Source of the DNA: an uncultured bacterium | GTDB lineage: Bacteria > Chlamydiota > Chlamydiia > Chlamydiales > Simkaniaceae | NCBI GenBank assembly: GCA_964350675.1 | Contig: CAYGKJ010000007.1 | Span: 17,176 to 81,175, forward strand | DNA: 64,000 nt | Direction of reading: 5' to 3' | Shown: in pieces, positions 8,584 through 20,768 of the stretch | Layout: each line of letters starts with the position of its first letter | Position numbering within the stretch: the stretch's first letter is position 1 | The notes under the pieces: generated by a model | What the model saw: the letters and a program-made list of their open reading frames with translations, nothing else | The model's database searches: none | Told to the model about the DNA's origin: nothing | Translations under genes and position numbers: made by a program

Positions 8584-9239
8584 GCTTGAACAATCTCTTT
8601 CAGCTTTTGAACTACTTCCTGGATCGTAAGATCAGAGGTATCGACAAGAACAGCATCATCTGCTTGTTTTAGAGGTGCAATTTTTCGGCTAGAGTCGCTA
8701 TTGTCTCTTGATTCAATCTCTTGAAGAGTCTTTTCTTGTGAAAAAGTTTGATTAGGAAATTTCTTCTGAAGCTCTTTATAACGCCTCTCTGCGCGCACTT
8801 CAGGGCGTGCTACTAAGAAAAACTTAACATCAGCATGAGGGAAGACAACCGTTCCTAAGTCTCTTCCTTCAAAAACAACATCTATCTCCTTTGAAAAGTT
8901 AATCTGAAGAGGCTTTAGAGCTTCTCGGACCTCTTTGAGGGCCGAGACTTCAGACACAATGGCAGTGACTTCAGGCCCCCGAATAGCAATTGTTACATCA
9001 GTATTCCCAACAAAGTAGTGCTTTTCCCCATGGACCGTCTGAATACGATAGGAAAATGCTTTAAGAAGAGCTAAGAGCTCTCCCTTCTCATGATAGGAAA
9101 TTCCCTCTTTAAGAATTTGCCAACTAATCGCTCGATAGAGCGCCCCCGTATCAAAATAAGTAATTTCTAAAGCATCTGCTAGCCCTCTTGCAACTGTCGA
9201 CTTTCCCGTACCTGACGGCCCATCAATAGTGATAATCAT
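8580..9239 (-). CDS. cmk: cytidylate kinase
   Basis: MIITIDGPSGTGKSTVARGLA contains the P-loop. I prefer ATG 9239 over GTG 9248. Confidence 0.9.
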   Translation of the reverse strand: MIITIDGPSGTGKSTVARGLADALEITYFDTGALYRAISWQILKEGISYHEKGELLALLKAFSYRIQTVHGEKHYFVGNTDVTIAIRGPEVTAIVSEVSALKEVREALKPLQINFSKEIDVVFEGRDLGTVVFPHADVKFFLVARPEVRAERRYKELQKKFPNQTFSQEKTLQEIESRDNSDSSRKIAPLKQADDAVLVDTSDLTIQEVVQKLKEIVQA

Positions 9240-9308
9240 GAAACGCACTTGCTATTAAAATGTCACAGGGAAAAACCTTATAGTGGGATAGCCTCATAAC
9301 TTTAACCT

Positions 9309-10162
9309 CTAGCAGACATAAAGAAAGAAATAAATGACCGGAGTAGTAAACAAAAGAGAATCTAGCATATCAAGGATGCCCCCAAGACCAGGGAGTCGAT
9401 TACTATCCTTAACTGCAGCATCTCTTTTAAAAAGTGACTCGCCTAAATCCCCTACTTGACCCAAGAAACCAAGAAGAGCTCCGAGCCAAATGCTCTCAGA
9501 AAAAGAGAGGTGAAAATTCGGAACTAAGTGGCCTAAAAAGTAAAAAAGAACACTGAAAATAATCGCTGAGAAAAAGCCAACAATTGCTCCAGTGATCGTC
9601 TTACCTGGGCTGAGATCCGCTGCAAGTTTTCGGTTTCCAAAAAGTCGCCCTCCGAAATAAGCGCCCACATCCGTGATTTTCGTAACAACAAGGAGATAAA
9701 GAAGCCATATCCTACCTTCATGCCCCATTCTGCATGGGCTATAAAGGTAGAGAATTTTTAGGATTAGCCCCAACGGAACAGCAACATACAAAATCCCAAA
9801 AAGGCTCATTGCAATAGAGCTGATCGACCCTGAAATTTTATCGAAGTGAAAAAGAAAAAGGCAGATGAGTCCAAAGAAAGCTATGATAAATGGAAGGAGA
9901 GAGAAAGAAAGATCGAAAGTTGAGACAAAAAGAGATAGGATAATGATCGCCCCAACAATCATACACAGCTCTGCAAGTCCTTTCTTCTCTATTAACTTTC
10001 CGAGCCGGCAGTATTCCCAAATTCCAACCGCTCCAATGCCTGCAGTAAACAGAGCAATGACCCACTTTACCACACCAACATAGGAAAAAATCAGTATACA
10101 CGCTAAAACAGCAAGCGAGATAATTGATGAGACGAACCGTTTCGATAGATCTTGAAAATTCA

Positions 10163-10163
<1 letters not shown>
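9309..10163 (-). CDS. cdsA: phosphatidate cytidylyltransferase
   Basis: This is a polytopic membrane protein with the CdsA C-terminal signature (SLFKRDAAVKDSNRLPGLGGILDMLDS). Confidence 0.85.
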
Positions 10164-12234
<2,071 letters not shown>

Positions 12235-12312
12235 TTAATACCAATGATTTCTCTAGACATAATCCTTAAAGATCGGTATGCTATTTTTTTTAGAATTAAG
12301 GATTAGATAAAC

Positions 12313-15300
12313 ATGAAAAAGCAGAAACGTTGGCAATTTATTCTCATTGCAGTCGTCGTGTTATTAACTTTCTATAACATTCTTCCGACTGTTCTTTTTT
12401 ATTCCAAGCCCCTGAAGGACCCTATTGAGGAAAAACAGGCAATGGCTGTTGCTGAAAATGCAGCAAAAAGAGTCAACTCCCTCGAAGATGCAGCCTTAAA
12501 TTGGCTGAAGTCTTACAACAAACTTTTGGGGATTAAGCCTTCCTCAATTTCCCTTGACAGTGACAATCCAGAACTAATCCATGTGAGATATGAAAAAGGA
12601 CAGGACGCCGAGAAGCTTCGAAGCCATATTCCGCGCGCAGGCTCCCTGATCCCCTTTGTGCCTGCTAAACTTTCTCTTGTCCCAAGTGAGAAAGATCATG
12701 AGGCAACGGTTGTTACGATTCAACGCAATATACCTATCCATTTTCATCCCGATCAAATAGAGAAGACCTTTCAATTTACAGCAAAGCGGGACGCTAGTGG
12801 AAATATCACTTCTCTTTACCACCAAATTGTCGATGATCGTATCCTGCAGCTCGGACTTGCCGTTGGGGGGATTAGTGAAAATGCTCAATATTTAGAGACA
12901 ACTCTCCACCATTTAGGAAACCCGCGATCCGAAGAATTTCTGCAGCTTCTTTCACAAAACATCCTGAGTTATTCGAAAGCATTTGGAGAAAACTCTCCAA
13001 TCGCTAAACGTTATTACGCAACCTTTACCCAAGGACCGATGGAAACCAAAAAAGGGTCTGTTGATCAATTTACCGCGGCACTAGAACGCTACAGAGATCA
13101 GGTAAAGCTTGAGCGTATCTCTCTTGAAGATGCAGATACAAAGAAGCGAGAAAGTGGGGGATTTCTTGAAGCAAATGATCAACAACAGCTAGACTTTTTA
13201 AAATCCAAAGAGGAACGACTCTCCTCCGCAATTGGAATTGTCAGAAGACAAGCAAGCGCTTTTAGTGCAGGTGCAGCACCCTGGACAAGTACAAAACTCA
13301 GGCAAGACATCGCCTTGTTAGCTAGAAAAGATGGCTCTGTGCAAACCCTCCTAGCTGGAGGAAGAAGCCCTCTGATAAAGGCTATTACAATCGATTGGAA
13401 CAACGAAATAATCGGCCTTGAGCTCCATCAGGATATCCTCGACTACAAAAATGAAATTTCCCGCTCTAAGTCCTACTTAAGTGATACTGTTGACCAACTG
13501 ATTTACAATGAAGTTGCTCGGGTTGGACGAGAGGCAGGAGAACTGCTCAAACCGCGTGGGTCCACATTTGCAATCGAACTCAATCAATTGACAAATAGCA
13601 AAAGCCTCCTGGTTATGGACTTAAGCTCAATTGCAAAAGAGCAAGGAGCGCAGCTTCTTCACCTCATTCAAACTGAATGGGCCCCAACTCATCCAGACTT
13701 AAAGAGAAGCTCATTCCCTGTATACGATTACAAAACCTTCAAGGATCTACCTGCCCACCAGCAAAAGATCGGTCTGGTCGTATATACCCCCGCAGAGTTT
13801 GAAACTGAACCACAAGCAGGATTCCGTACAAACTCGGTTTATGTCATTGCGAAAGGAATCCAAGATGTTTTAACAAAGTTAAGCTCGAATCCAGACTCCC
13901 CTCAAGCGCAAAGCTTTATTCAAGACTTTAATCATCTAAGGGTCCTTTTGCAAAATAATGGATTTAGTAGCTATCCAGGAACAACCTATCCTTTAAGTGC
14001 TAGCTTCGCAAAAGATTTCATCTTTGAAGCTGAAGACTTTTACAACTCAATTATTAGTGCAACGCGTGAAGATTTTAACGTTCATGGAACAAGAAAGTAT
14101 GCAACTCTTGAGTTTACAAATGTTGAACAACGTATTTTGGCTCTTAACCGAATTGAAACTCAGCAGCATGAAGATCTATTAAAGTGGCGAGATGAATATC
14201 AATCAGCTCAAGTACGCACAGAACTCCACGCAAAGTACGATATTCCCGCGCCAACAAAGAATCTTCTTTTGAACAACTTGAGCCTAAGCGCTCGTAAGTA
14301 TTTTCGAGGTGATGATAGAAAAATCCTCCATTGGGGGCTTGATCTTTCAGGAGGAAAGACTGTCCAAATCCAACTCCGAGATAGTAACAATAAAATTGTG
14401 ACCAATGATGATGACATTAAGCAAGGGATTGATGAGCTTTATGGCCGGGTCAATAAAATGGGGGTCTCTGAAGTTAGCATTCGTCAGGAAGGCTCTAACA
14501 TCACTTTAGATTTCCCAAGCGCCCAAGGCCTTTCAGCTGCGGACCTAGTCAAAGCTTCTTCAATGTATTTTCACATTGTAAACGAAAAATTCACGAGCAA
14601 TAATGGCGATCTTGCGCCCGTTGTTCATCAGTTTTTGCAAGATGTTTGGAATGAAGCGGTCGTTACAAATCGAAAAGATTTAGAAAGCATTAATCAAATT
14701 GCATGGAAACACCTTTATGGTGACACCTTGGATACTGAAATGGCTCAACCTGTGAGCGAAGCTGCAAAAACCCTGTATAGTCAAGGACTTCGCTTTGCTT
14801 CTTCGGAAAGCAAGGGTTCGTCAAGCCAGTTCAATGATGCAATTTCAAAAATTGCAATCTTTAGAGGTGATAATTTTGCGGATTGGTATGGTCAGACTCA
14901 TCCTCTTTTGGTGGTGATGAACAATTACGCTCTTGAAGGAGCTAATTTGACGGATGTACATGCTGCTTATGATCCATCAAAAGGAAACTTTCTCGCCTTC
15001 AATGTTAAAGGATCACAATCCCTTTCAGATGGACAGAAGCTTAACCCTCGCAATGACTTATACAACTGGACCGCACCTTTCTCAAAAGAGAAGATCCAAG
15101 GGACTCCTATGGACCGCTATACTCGAGGAGAAGGATGGCGCATGGCTGTTATTTTGAATGGCTTGATTGTAAATACAGCAACAGTTACTTCCCCTCTAAG
15201 AGATAATGTTTCGATTTCAGGAAGTTTTACTCAGCGTGAAGCCAATCGCTTAGAGGCAGACCTCAAGGCAGGTTCGTTGACCTTTGCTCCACATATTCTG

Positions 15301-16869
15301 TCTGAAAAAAATGTAAGCCCTGAGCTAGGTATTAAAGACCGAACAATGGGAATCGTTGCAACGGTATTAGCACTAGTTCTTGTTATCATGGTTATGGTGG
15401 GCTACTACCGCTTTGCCGGAATCGTTGCTTCTGTTGCAGTTCTCTTTAACCTGTTAATCATTTGGGCAACACTTCAGAATATTTCTGCAACGGTAACTTT
15501 AGCAGGAATCGCTGGGATTATTCTGACCGTTGGAATGGCTGTTGATGCGAATGTTTTAGTATTTGAACGCATTCGAGAAGAGTTTGCAGCAACAGGCCGG
15601 ATTGCACAGGCTGTCCACGCAGGATATAAGAAAGCTTTTTCAGCTATTATTGACTCGAATATCACAACAATTATCGCTGCTCTAATTCTATTGCAATTTG
15701 ACTCTGGACCTATCAAAGGTTTTGCAGTAACGTTGATCATTGGTATTGTTTCGTCGATGTTTACCGCTCTATTCCTAACTCGTTACTTCTTTAGTAGATG
15801 GGTTGAAAATCCAAAAAATAAAGAGCTGAAGATGGCAAATCTTATTAAAGAGACCAACTTCAATTTCCTGAAGTACGGCAAAGTAAGTTTGTATAGCATC
15901 GTTGCAGTAGCTCTTGTCGGTGGCTATTTATTGGTTTCTCAGAGAAGCTCAATGCTTGGAATGGACTTTACAGGAGGATATTCGGTCACTCTTGAAGTAG
16001 AGCCAAAAGGTAATGAAGACTATCAAGCTCAAGTAGAATCTGCTCTTCTGGCTGCAGGAGTTACAGCTCAAGATTTGCAAGTGCGTGCACTTTCTCCATC
16101 TAATGTCATCAAACTCTTGCTTGGAAGAGGGTTAGACCAATCTGGAAAACCTTTTTATAACATGCCTCTTGAAACAGACCTAAAAGATACAACTTTTGCT
16201 TATCAAAATAATCCTCGGTTGGTTTGGGTCATTGATTCTCTAGAAAAGAATGGTATTTCCGTTACACCACAGTCGCTGAAACAGCTCGACAATAGCTGGA
16301 CTAGCATCAGCGGACAAATGTCCAATGCAATGAGAAACAGTGCACTGTTGGGACTTTCTATAGCGTTAATATGTATTTTGGCATACATCACCTTCCGCTT
16401 TGAGTTTAAATATGCAATCAGCGCAACGCTTGGCCTTGCAATTGATGTTGCAATCACAATGGCGATCGTAAGTATCCTCCATGCCTTTGGAACCCCAATA
16501 CAAATCGATCTCAATACAATTGCTGCACTAATGACAATTATTGGATACTCTCTCAATGATACAATCATCATCTTTGATCGGATCCGTGAAGATCTAAATA
16601 AAATGCGCAAGCATTCATTTAGAGACGTGGTGAACCACGCTTTAAATGTGACCTTAAGCCGAACAGTGATGACATCAGGAACAACGCTTGTCGTGCTCTT
16701 AGCTCTCCTTTTCTTAGGAGGGAGCGCGATTTTTGGCCTTTCACTCGTCATGGTAATTGGCGTTGTATTTGGAACATTTTCTTCTTTGTTTGTTGCAGCA
16801 CCTCTTCTTCTTTTCTTCCATAAGAAAGAGAAAGAGAAAGCTGAAAAGTTGGCGATGCATGAAAATTAA
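12313..16869 (+). CDS. secDF: fused protein-export membrane protein SecD/SecF with long N-terminal extension
   Basis: The 1518-aa protein has a SecD core (GLDLSGG..., TM bundle with AGIAGIILTVGMAVDANVLVFERIREE) followed by a SecF core (DFTGG..., GYSLNDTIIIFDRIRE). As far as I recall, fused giant SecDF is typical of Chlamydiae. Confidence 0.9.
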   Translation: MKKQKRWQFILIAVVVLLTFYNILPTVLFYSKPLKDPIEEKQAMAVAENAAKRVNSLEDAALNWLKSYNKLLGIKPSSISLDSDNPELIHVRYEKGQDAEKLRSHIPRAGSLIPFVPAKLSLVPSEKDHEATVVTIQRNIPIHFHPDQIEKTFQFTAKRDASGNITSLYHQIVDDRILQLGLAVGGISENAQYLETTLHHLGNPRSEEFLQLLSQNILSYSKAFGENSPIAKRYYATFTQGPMETKKGSVDQFTAALERYRDQVKLERISLEDADTKKRESGGFLEANDQQQLDFLKSKEERLSSAIGIVRRQASAFSAGAAPWTSTKLRQDIALLARKDGSVQTLLAGGRSPLIKAITIDWNNEIIGLELHQDILDYKNEISRSKSYLSDTVDQLIYNEVARVGREAGELLKPRGSTFAIELNQLTNSKSLLVMDLSSIAKEQGAQLLHLIQTEWAPTHPDLKRSSFPVYDYKTFKDLPAHQQKIGLVVYTPAEFETEPQAGFRTNSVYVIAKGIQDVLTKLSSNPDSPQAQSFIQDFNHLRVLLQNNGFSSYPGTTYPLSASFAKDFIFEAEDFYNSIISATREDFNVHGTRKYATLEFTNVEQRILALNRIETQQHEDLLKWRDEYQSAQVRTELHAKYDIPAPTKNLLLNNLSLSARKYFRGDDRKILHWGLDLSGGKTVQIQLRDSNNKIVTNDDDIKQGIDELYGRVNKMGVSEVSIRQEGSNITLDFPSAQGLSAADLVKASSMYFHIVNEKFTSNNGDLAPVVHQFLQDVWNEAVVTNRKDLESINQIAWKHLYGDTLDTEMAQPVSEAAKTLYSQGLRFASSESKGSSSQFNDAISKIAIFRGDNFADWYGQTHPLLVVMNNYALEGANLTDVHAAYDPSKGNFLAFNVKGSQSLSDGQKLNPRNDLYNWTAPFSKEKIQGTPMDRYTRGEGWRMAVILNGLIVNTATVTSPLRDNVSISGSFTQREANRLEADLKAGSLTFAPHILSEKNVSPELGIKDRTMGIVATVLALVLVIMVMVGYYRFAGIVASVAVLFNLLIIWATLQNISATVTLAGIAGIILTVGMAVDANVLVFERIREEFAATGRIAQAVHAGYKKAFSAIIDSNITTIIAALILLQFDSGPIKGFAVTLIIGIVSSMFTALFLTRYFFSRWVENPKNKELKMANLIKETNFNFLKYGKVSLYSIVAVALVGGYLLVSQRSSMLGMDFTGGYSVTLEVEPKGNEDYQAQVESALLAAGVTAQDLQVRALSPSNVIKLLLGRGLDQSGKPFYNMPLETDLKDTTFAYQNNPRLVWVIDSLEKNGISVTPQSLKQLDNSWTSISGQMSNAMRNSALLGLSIALICILAYITFRFEFKYAISATLGLAIDVAITMAIVSILHAFGTPIQIDLNTIAALMTIIGYSLNDTIIIFDRIREDLNKMRKHSFRDVVNHALNVTLSRTVMTSGTTLVVLLALLFLGGSAIFGLSLVMVIGVVFGTFSSLFVAAPLLLFFHKKEKEKAEKLAMHEN

Positions 16870-16915
16870 CGTAGTAATGCCTCGTTAAACGTGATAAACT
16901 TTCATTAAATAAATC

Positions 16916-18676
16916 GTGAGAATTTTCCCTTTGAAAGAGGTAAAAGAAGAGGATCAGAACCATCTATGGGTTTACCCCGACTATAAACCAACCTGGTGTG
17001 AAGAAATTATAGGTGAATATAATATTCACCCTGTAACTGCGCAAGTGTTGGTTTCAAGAGGCTTTGAGACTTTTGATGAGATCTATAACCACCTCTATGC
17101 AAAATTACCCAACCTCCATGCTCCTGACTTAATGATGGATATGGATAAGGCTATCGATCGCGTCGTTCATGCCCTTGCAAAAAATGAGAGCATTTTGATC
17201 TATGGAGATAATGATGTAGACGGAATTACTGGAACAACCCTTCTTGTTGAATTCATTCGTCTTCTAGGGGGTTGCGCCTATTATTACATTCCCCACAGAA
17301 CAACTGCCACCCCCTCAATGATCACCGATGCCATTTCTTATGCTCTCGAAAAAGAGTGTAAACTGCTCATTACAGTTGACTGTGGAATCACAGCTGCAAA
17401 AGAAATTGAAGAAGTGATAAAACATGACATTGATGTTATTATCTCAGATCACCATGAACCAACAGACAAAATTCCCAACTGTATTGCAACACTTAATCCA
17501 AAGCTTATCAACAGCACTTATCCTAACCGCGACTTAACAGGAGTCGGTGTAGCCTTCAAGCTTGCTCATGCTTTAACAAACCACCTAGTTTCAACAGGTA
17601 AAATCAGTTCGTCAATGATTGACCTAAAGCGTTTCCTCGATTTAGTCGCTCTTGGAACCATTGCTGACATGGGTGCCCTAAAGGGCGAAAACCGTGTTCT
17701 TGTTCGATATGGCCTGAAGCAATTTTCACAAACCCGAAGAGTTGGCATTCTCAAGCTCATGGAAATTTGTGAAGTCAAGCCTTCAAAGGTCTCAACCACT
17801 GACATCGCATCAAAAATTGCTCCACGTTTGAATAGTCTTGGTCGGATTGCCGATCCCCTCAAAGGGGTCGAGCTAATGCTCATGCATGATTCTGTAGGAG
17901 CAACGCATCTTGCTCAAGAGCTTGACGATAACAATACTAAGCGTCAGCAGATTGAACGGCGCGACTCCAATGATATTGTGTCATACATAGAATCTCACCC
18001 TCAGCTTCTAAAAGAAAAAGCGCTTGTCCTCCACTCTGATAAATGGCATCCTGGAATCATTCCAATCCTCGCTGCGCGCCTTTCCAAACAATATAACCGC
18101 CCTACTCTTATCATTGCTGTGGAGGGAGGCATTGGGAAGGGATCGATTCGAACTATCCCAGAATTTCCACTCCTCACTTCTTTGAAAAAAAACCGCGATC
18201 TCCTCTTGAATTTTGGCGGGCACGATTTCGCAGCAGGGCTCATGATCAAGGAAGAAAATATCTTAAAATTTAAAAAGTCATTTATTGAAAGTGCTAATCA
18301 ATCACTTAATAATGATGACATCCTTCCCAAGCTTCACCTTGATTCACGCATTCAGTTTGATGACTTGACTTTCGAGTTTCTTGACTCTATGCAACTTCTA
18401 GAACCTTACGGAACAGGAAATCCTCCTCCGATTCTATATACCGATGTTACTCAAGCCTGGCCTCCGAAGATTGTAGGGAAAACTCACCTCAAGCTTTATC
18501 TAGAACAAAACGACCGGATGCTTGAAGGAATTGGGTTCGGGTTGAGTGAACACCGGAGCAAGCTGACCAAGAAAAACCTCAACCTACAAATTGCATTTAC
18601 ACCTCATGTTAATGTCTTCCTCAACAAATCAAGCATCCAGCTCCTTGTCAAAGACTTCAAAATTAAGCACGATTGA
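16916..18676 (+). CDS. recJ: single-stranded-DNA-specific exonuclease RecJ
   Basis: DHH motifs are present (ILIYGDNDVDGITG, VDCG, ISDHH), along with a DHHA1-type GGH region. The only in-frame start upstream of the conserved N-terminus is GTG. Confidence 0.88.
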   Translation: MRIFPLKEVKEEDQNHLWVYPDYKPTWCEEIIGEYNIHPVTAQVLVSRGFETFDEIYNHLYAKLPNLHAPDLMMDMDKAIDRVVHALAKNESILIYGDNDVDGITGTTLLVEFIRLLGGCAYYYIPHRTTATPSMITDAISYALEKECKLLITVDCGITAAKEIEEVIKHDIDVIISDHHEPTDKIPNCIATLNPKLINSTYPNRDLTGVGVAFKLAHALTNHLVSTGKISSSMIDLKRFLDLVALGTIADMGALKGENRVLVRYGLKQFSQTRRVGILKLMEICEVKPSKVSTTDIASKIAPRLNSLGRIADPLKGVELMLMHDSVGATHLAQELDDNNTKRQQIERRDSNDIVSYIESHPQLLKEKALVLHSDKWHPGIIPILAARLSKQYNRPTLIIAVEGGIGKGSIRTIPEFPLLTSLKKNRDLLLNFGGHDFAAGLMIKEENILKFKKSFIESANQSLNNDDILPKLHLDSRIQFDDLTFEFLDSMQLLEPYGTGNPPPILYTDVTQAWPPKIVGKTHLKLYLEQNDRMLEGIGFGLSEHRSKLTKKNLNLQIAFTPHVNVFLNKSSIQLLVKDFKIKHD

Positions 18677-19835
18677 TAAAATCATTTTTGGGGGAAATGG
18701 GATCACCCGAATCGATGGGTGCGTTACCTTTGTCCCTTTTTCAGCACCAGGCGACCAAGTCTTTTTGAAAATTATAAAGAAGAAGAAAAATTATCAGATT
18801 GCTCAAATCGAAAAAATTTTTCAAAAAGGTCCTGGCCGAAGATCTCCAAAATGCCCTCACTTCAAGAAGTGTGGAGGATGCCAGCTCCAACACCTTGATT
18901 ATCAAACTCAAATTGAAGCAAAGAAACGCTTTCTCCAAGAAGCATTGCGCATAGAAAATATCCCCATTAATCCTTCCCAAAGTGAGTGGAATTACCGCTC
19001 AAACCTTCGCCTAAATTTAAGAAAAGAAGGCACAGGATTCAAAATGGGTTATATTGGTATAGATAACCGTTCTTTGGTGGAACCCACAGTGTGTCCTCTA
19101 TTTTCAGAAAACCCAGTGCTATTTAAAGACTTAAAAGCTGGTCTTACATGCCTCTCTAACCACGGAATTCACTCCGCCTCACTTCGTATCTTCAATGAAG
19201 GCAAAGGGATTATCCTCGCATTTTCATTCTTCCCTAAACTCCCAGAAAAACTCCTCTCCTTTTCCTTTGCAATAGGTGTATGCTATAAGTCTCCTAGACA
19301 AGAGGAGCATCTCGGAGATACGTCTTTGACAAAGGATGTTTTAGGAATTTCTGCCCCATTTTCGCCCTATGGGTTTATGCAGAATAACCTTCCACTTAGC
19401 GAAAAACTTTATCAAACAGTGGTCGATTGGATTGGAGAGAAGCCTCAAATTGTCTTTGATCTTTATTGTGGCGTAGGAATCACCAGCACTCTTCTAAAAG
19501 AGAAAGGACATGATGTCGTGGGGGTTGAAATGAACCGTTCTCTTCCTCCCTGTGGCAACTTTAAAATGCATTATGGCGCTGTAGAAACCATTCTACCTAC
19601 CCTTAAAGCAAAGCCCGATGTGATCATTGTAAACCCTCCACGAACGGGTCTTTCGAAGGAAGTCCGCAGCCTTCTAGACAGCCCCAAGATTCTTTATATC
19701 TCTTGTATGCCGTCGACCCTTGCAAGAGACCTTCAGGAACTCTCCAGCCGCTACATTGTTAAAAAAGTAGAAGGGTTTGATCTCTTTCCTCAAACTACAC
19801 ATGTCGAAACAGTCGTTATGCTATACCGAAAATAA
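18612..19835 (+). CDS. RumA/TrmA-family RNA (uracil-5-)-methyltransferase
   Basis: It has a TRAM-like N-terminus (GNGITRIDGCVTFVPFSAPGDQV), a Cys cluster CPHFKKCGGCQLQH, a SAM motif DLYCGVG and a catalytic ISCMPSTLARD. The start is uncertain (ATG 18591 or 18612), and either choice overlaps the recJ 3' end. Confidence 0.8.
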   Translation: MSSSTNQASSSLSKTSKLSTIDKIIFGGNGITRIDGCVTFVPFSAPGDQVFLKIIKKKKNYQIAQIEKIFQKGPGRRSPKCPHFKKCGGCQLQHLDYQTQIEAKKRFLQEALRIENIPINPSQSEWNYRSNLRLNLRKEGTGFKMGYIGIDNRSLVEPTVCPLFSENPVLFKDLKAGLTCLSNHGIHSASLRIFNEGKGIILAFSFFPKLPEKLLSFSFAIGVCYKSPRQEEHLGDTSLTKDVLGISAPFSPYGFMQNNLPLSEKLYQTVVDWIGEKPQIVFDLYCGVGITSTLLKEKGHDVVGVEMNRSLPPCGNFKMHYGAVETILPTLKAKPDVIIVNPPRTGLSKEVRSLLDSPKILYISCMPSTLARDLQELSSRYIVKKVEGFDLFPQTTHVETVVMLYRK

Positions 19836-19893
19836 TTGAAAAATTTGATTCACAAATGAAAAATGCTTCAATTTTTTATCGGTATAGAGAAAA

Positions 19894-19925
19894 AAAATCT
19901 CTAGCTGGTGATAGCTAGAGATTTT
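19894..19925. terminator. bidirectional hairpin terminator between convergent rumA-like gene and euo
   Basis: A perfect 12-13-bp stem, aaatctctagct / agctagagattt, has a 6-nt loop. It is flanked by an A-run on one side and a T-run on the other. Confidence 0.6.
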
Positions 19926-20033
19926 ATAAGAAATATTTGAATCGATGTTTTGAGCTTATCACCCATAGCACGATTCCAAATAAGAAAGTACCTCTCTCTT
20001 CTTTCATTGGAAACGTCTTAAACGAAACTACAA

Positions 20034-20468
20034 TTACATTGCTTCGTTTTCAGAACGTCGACTTAGGTACTTCTCTTGATAATCTTTAATATCATCAGTG
20101 TGAATAACCCAAGCAGCTCCTTTACGAGTAGCTTTTAACATGCCAATTCTTGTTGCATAATAGATTTTCTGCGCAGGAACGCCGAGAATCTTTGCAGCTT
20201 GATTGACAGAATAAAAACCCCTATTATTATCAAAAAGGAGTTCACCATCAAACGTTGATTTCGTACGCGAATACTTATTGCGACGATAATCTTCTAGATC
20301 ATCTAGATCTATAGTCCAACGAGTAGAGTCTTTACGTGCTTTAAGCTTATTTTGCTTAATTGCAACATAAATAGCTTGTCTCGTTACACCATTAATGCGG
20401 GCAGCTTCAGTAATAGAAACCACCTTTCGTGGAGATACAAGTTCTCCAGTTTGGTTTACCATATCCAT
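20034..20468 (-). CDS. euo: EUO (early upstream ORF) DNA-binding late-gene repressor homologue
   Basis: The blocks INGVTRQAIYVAIKQNKLKA..RWTIDLDDLEDYRRNKYSR..FDGELLFDNNRGFYSV..KIYYATRIG match my memory of chlamydial EUO almost residue for residue. ATG 20468 is preceded by GAGGAG. Confidence 0.85.
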   Translation of the reverse strand: MDMVNQTGELVSPRKVVSITEAARINGVTRQAIYVAIKQNKLKARKDSTRWTIDLDDLEDYRRNKYSRTKSTFDGELLFDNNRGFYSVNQAAKILGVPAQKIYYATRIGMLKATRKGAAWVIHTDDIKDYQEKYLSRRSENEAM

Positions 20469-20768
20469 GTTTTTCTCCTCAATCCAAAACAAATCTGCTA
20501 AAAACCAGGAAATTGACTAATTCGTCAAAAAAATCATTTTTTAACAATTTGTTAATATTTCTTAGTCTTTAGATATTCTATTATTACAAAGATTTGAGTT
20601 GAAATCAATCTATTTCTCTTTACATTTTCACAAAATTTTGATTTAGATAGGATTATAACAAAAAATATTTCACTCGATATAGTAAATATTTGAATACGAT
20701 TGGACTTAAACCTTTGATTTGCTGTAAGATATATATAGCAGAATCACACTGTGTAAGGATTAATTAGA

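Noticed and set aside
16203-16751. A 182-aa minus-strand ORF inside secDF
   Set aside because: It is antisense to the well-conserved SecF transmembrane core and has no independent signals.
18591-18676. The overlap of the rumA-like ORF with the recJ 3' end as a possible programmed frameshift or gene fusion
   Set aside because: RecJ ends at a normal length, and the methyltransferase N-terminal TRAM-like domain begins just after the overlap. This is more simply explained by an uncertain start codon with an ordinary short gene overlap.
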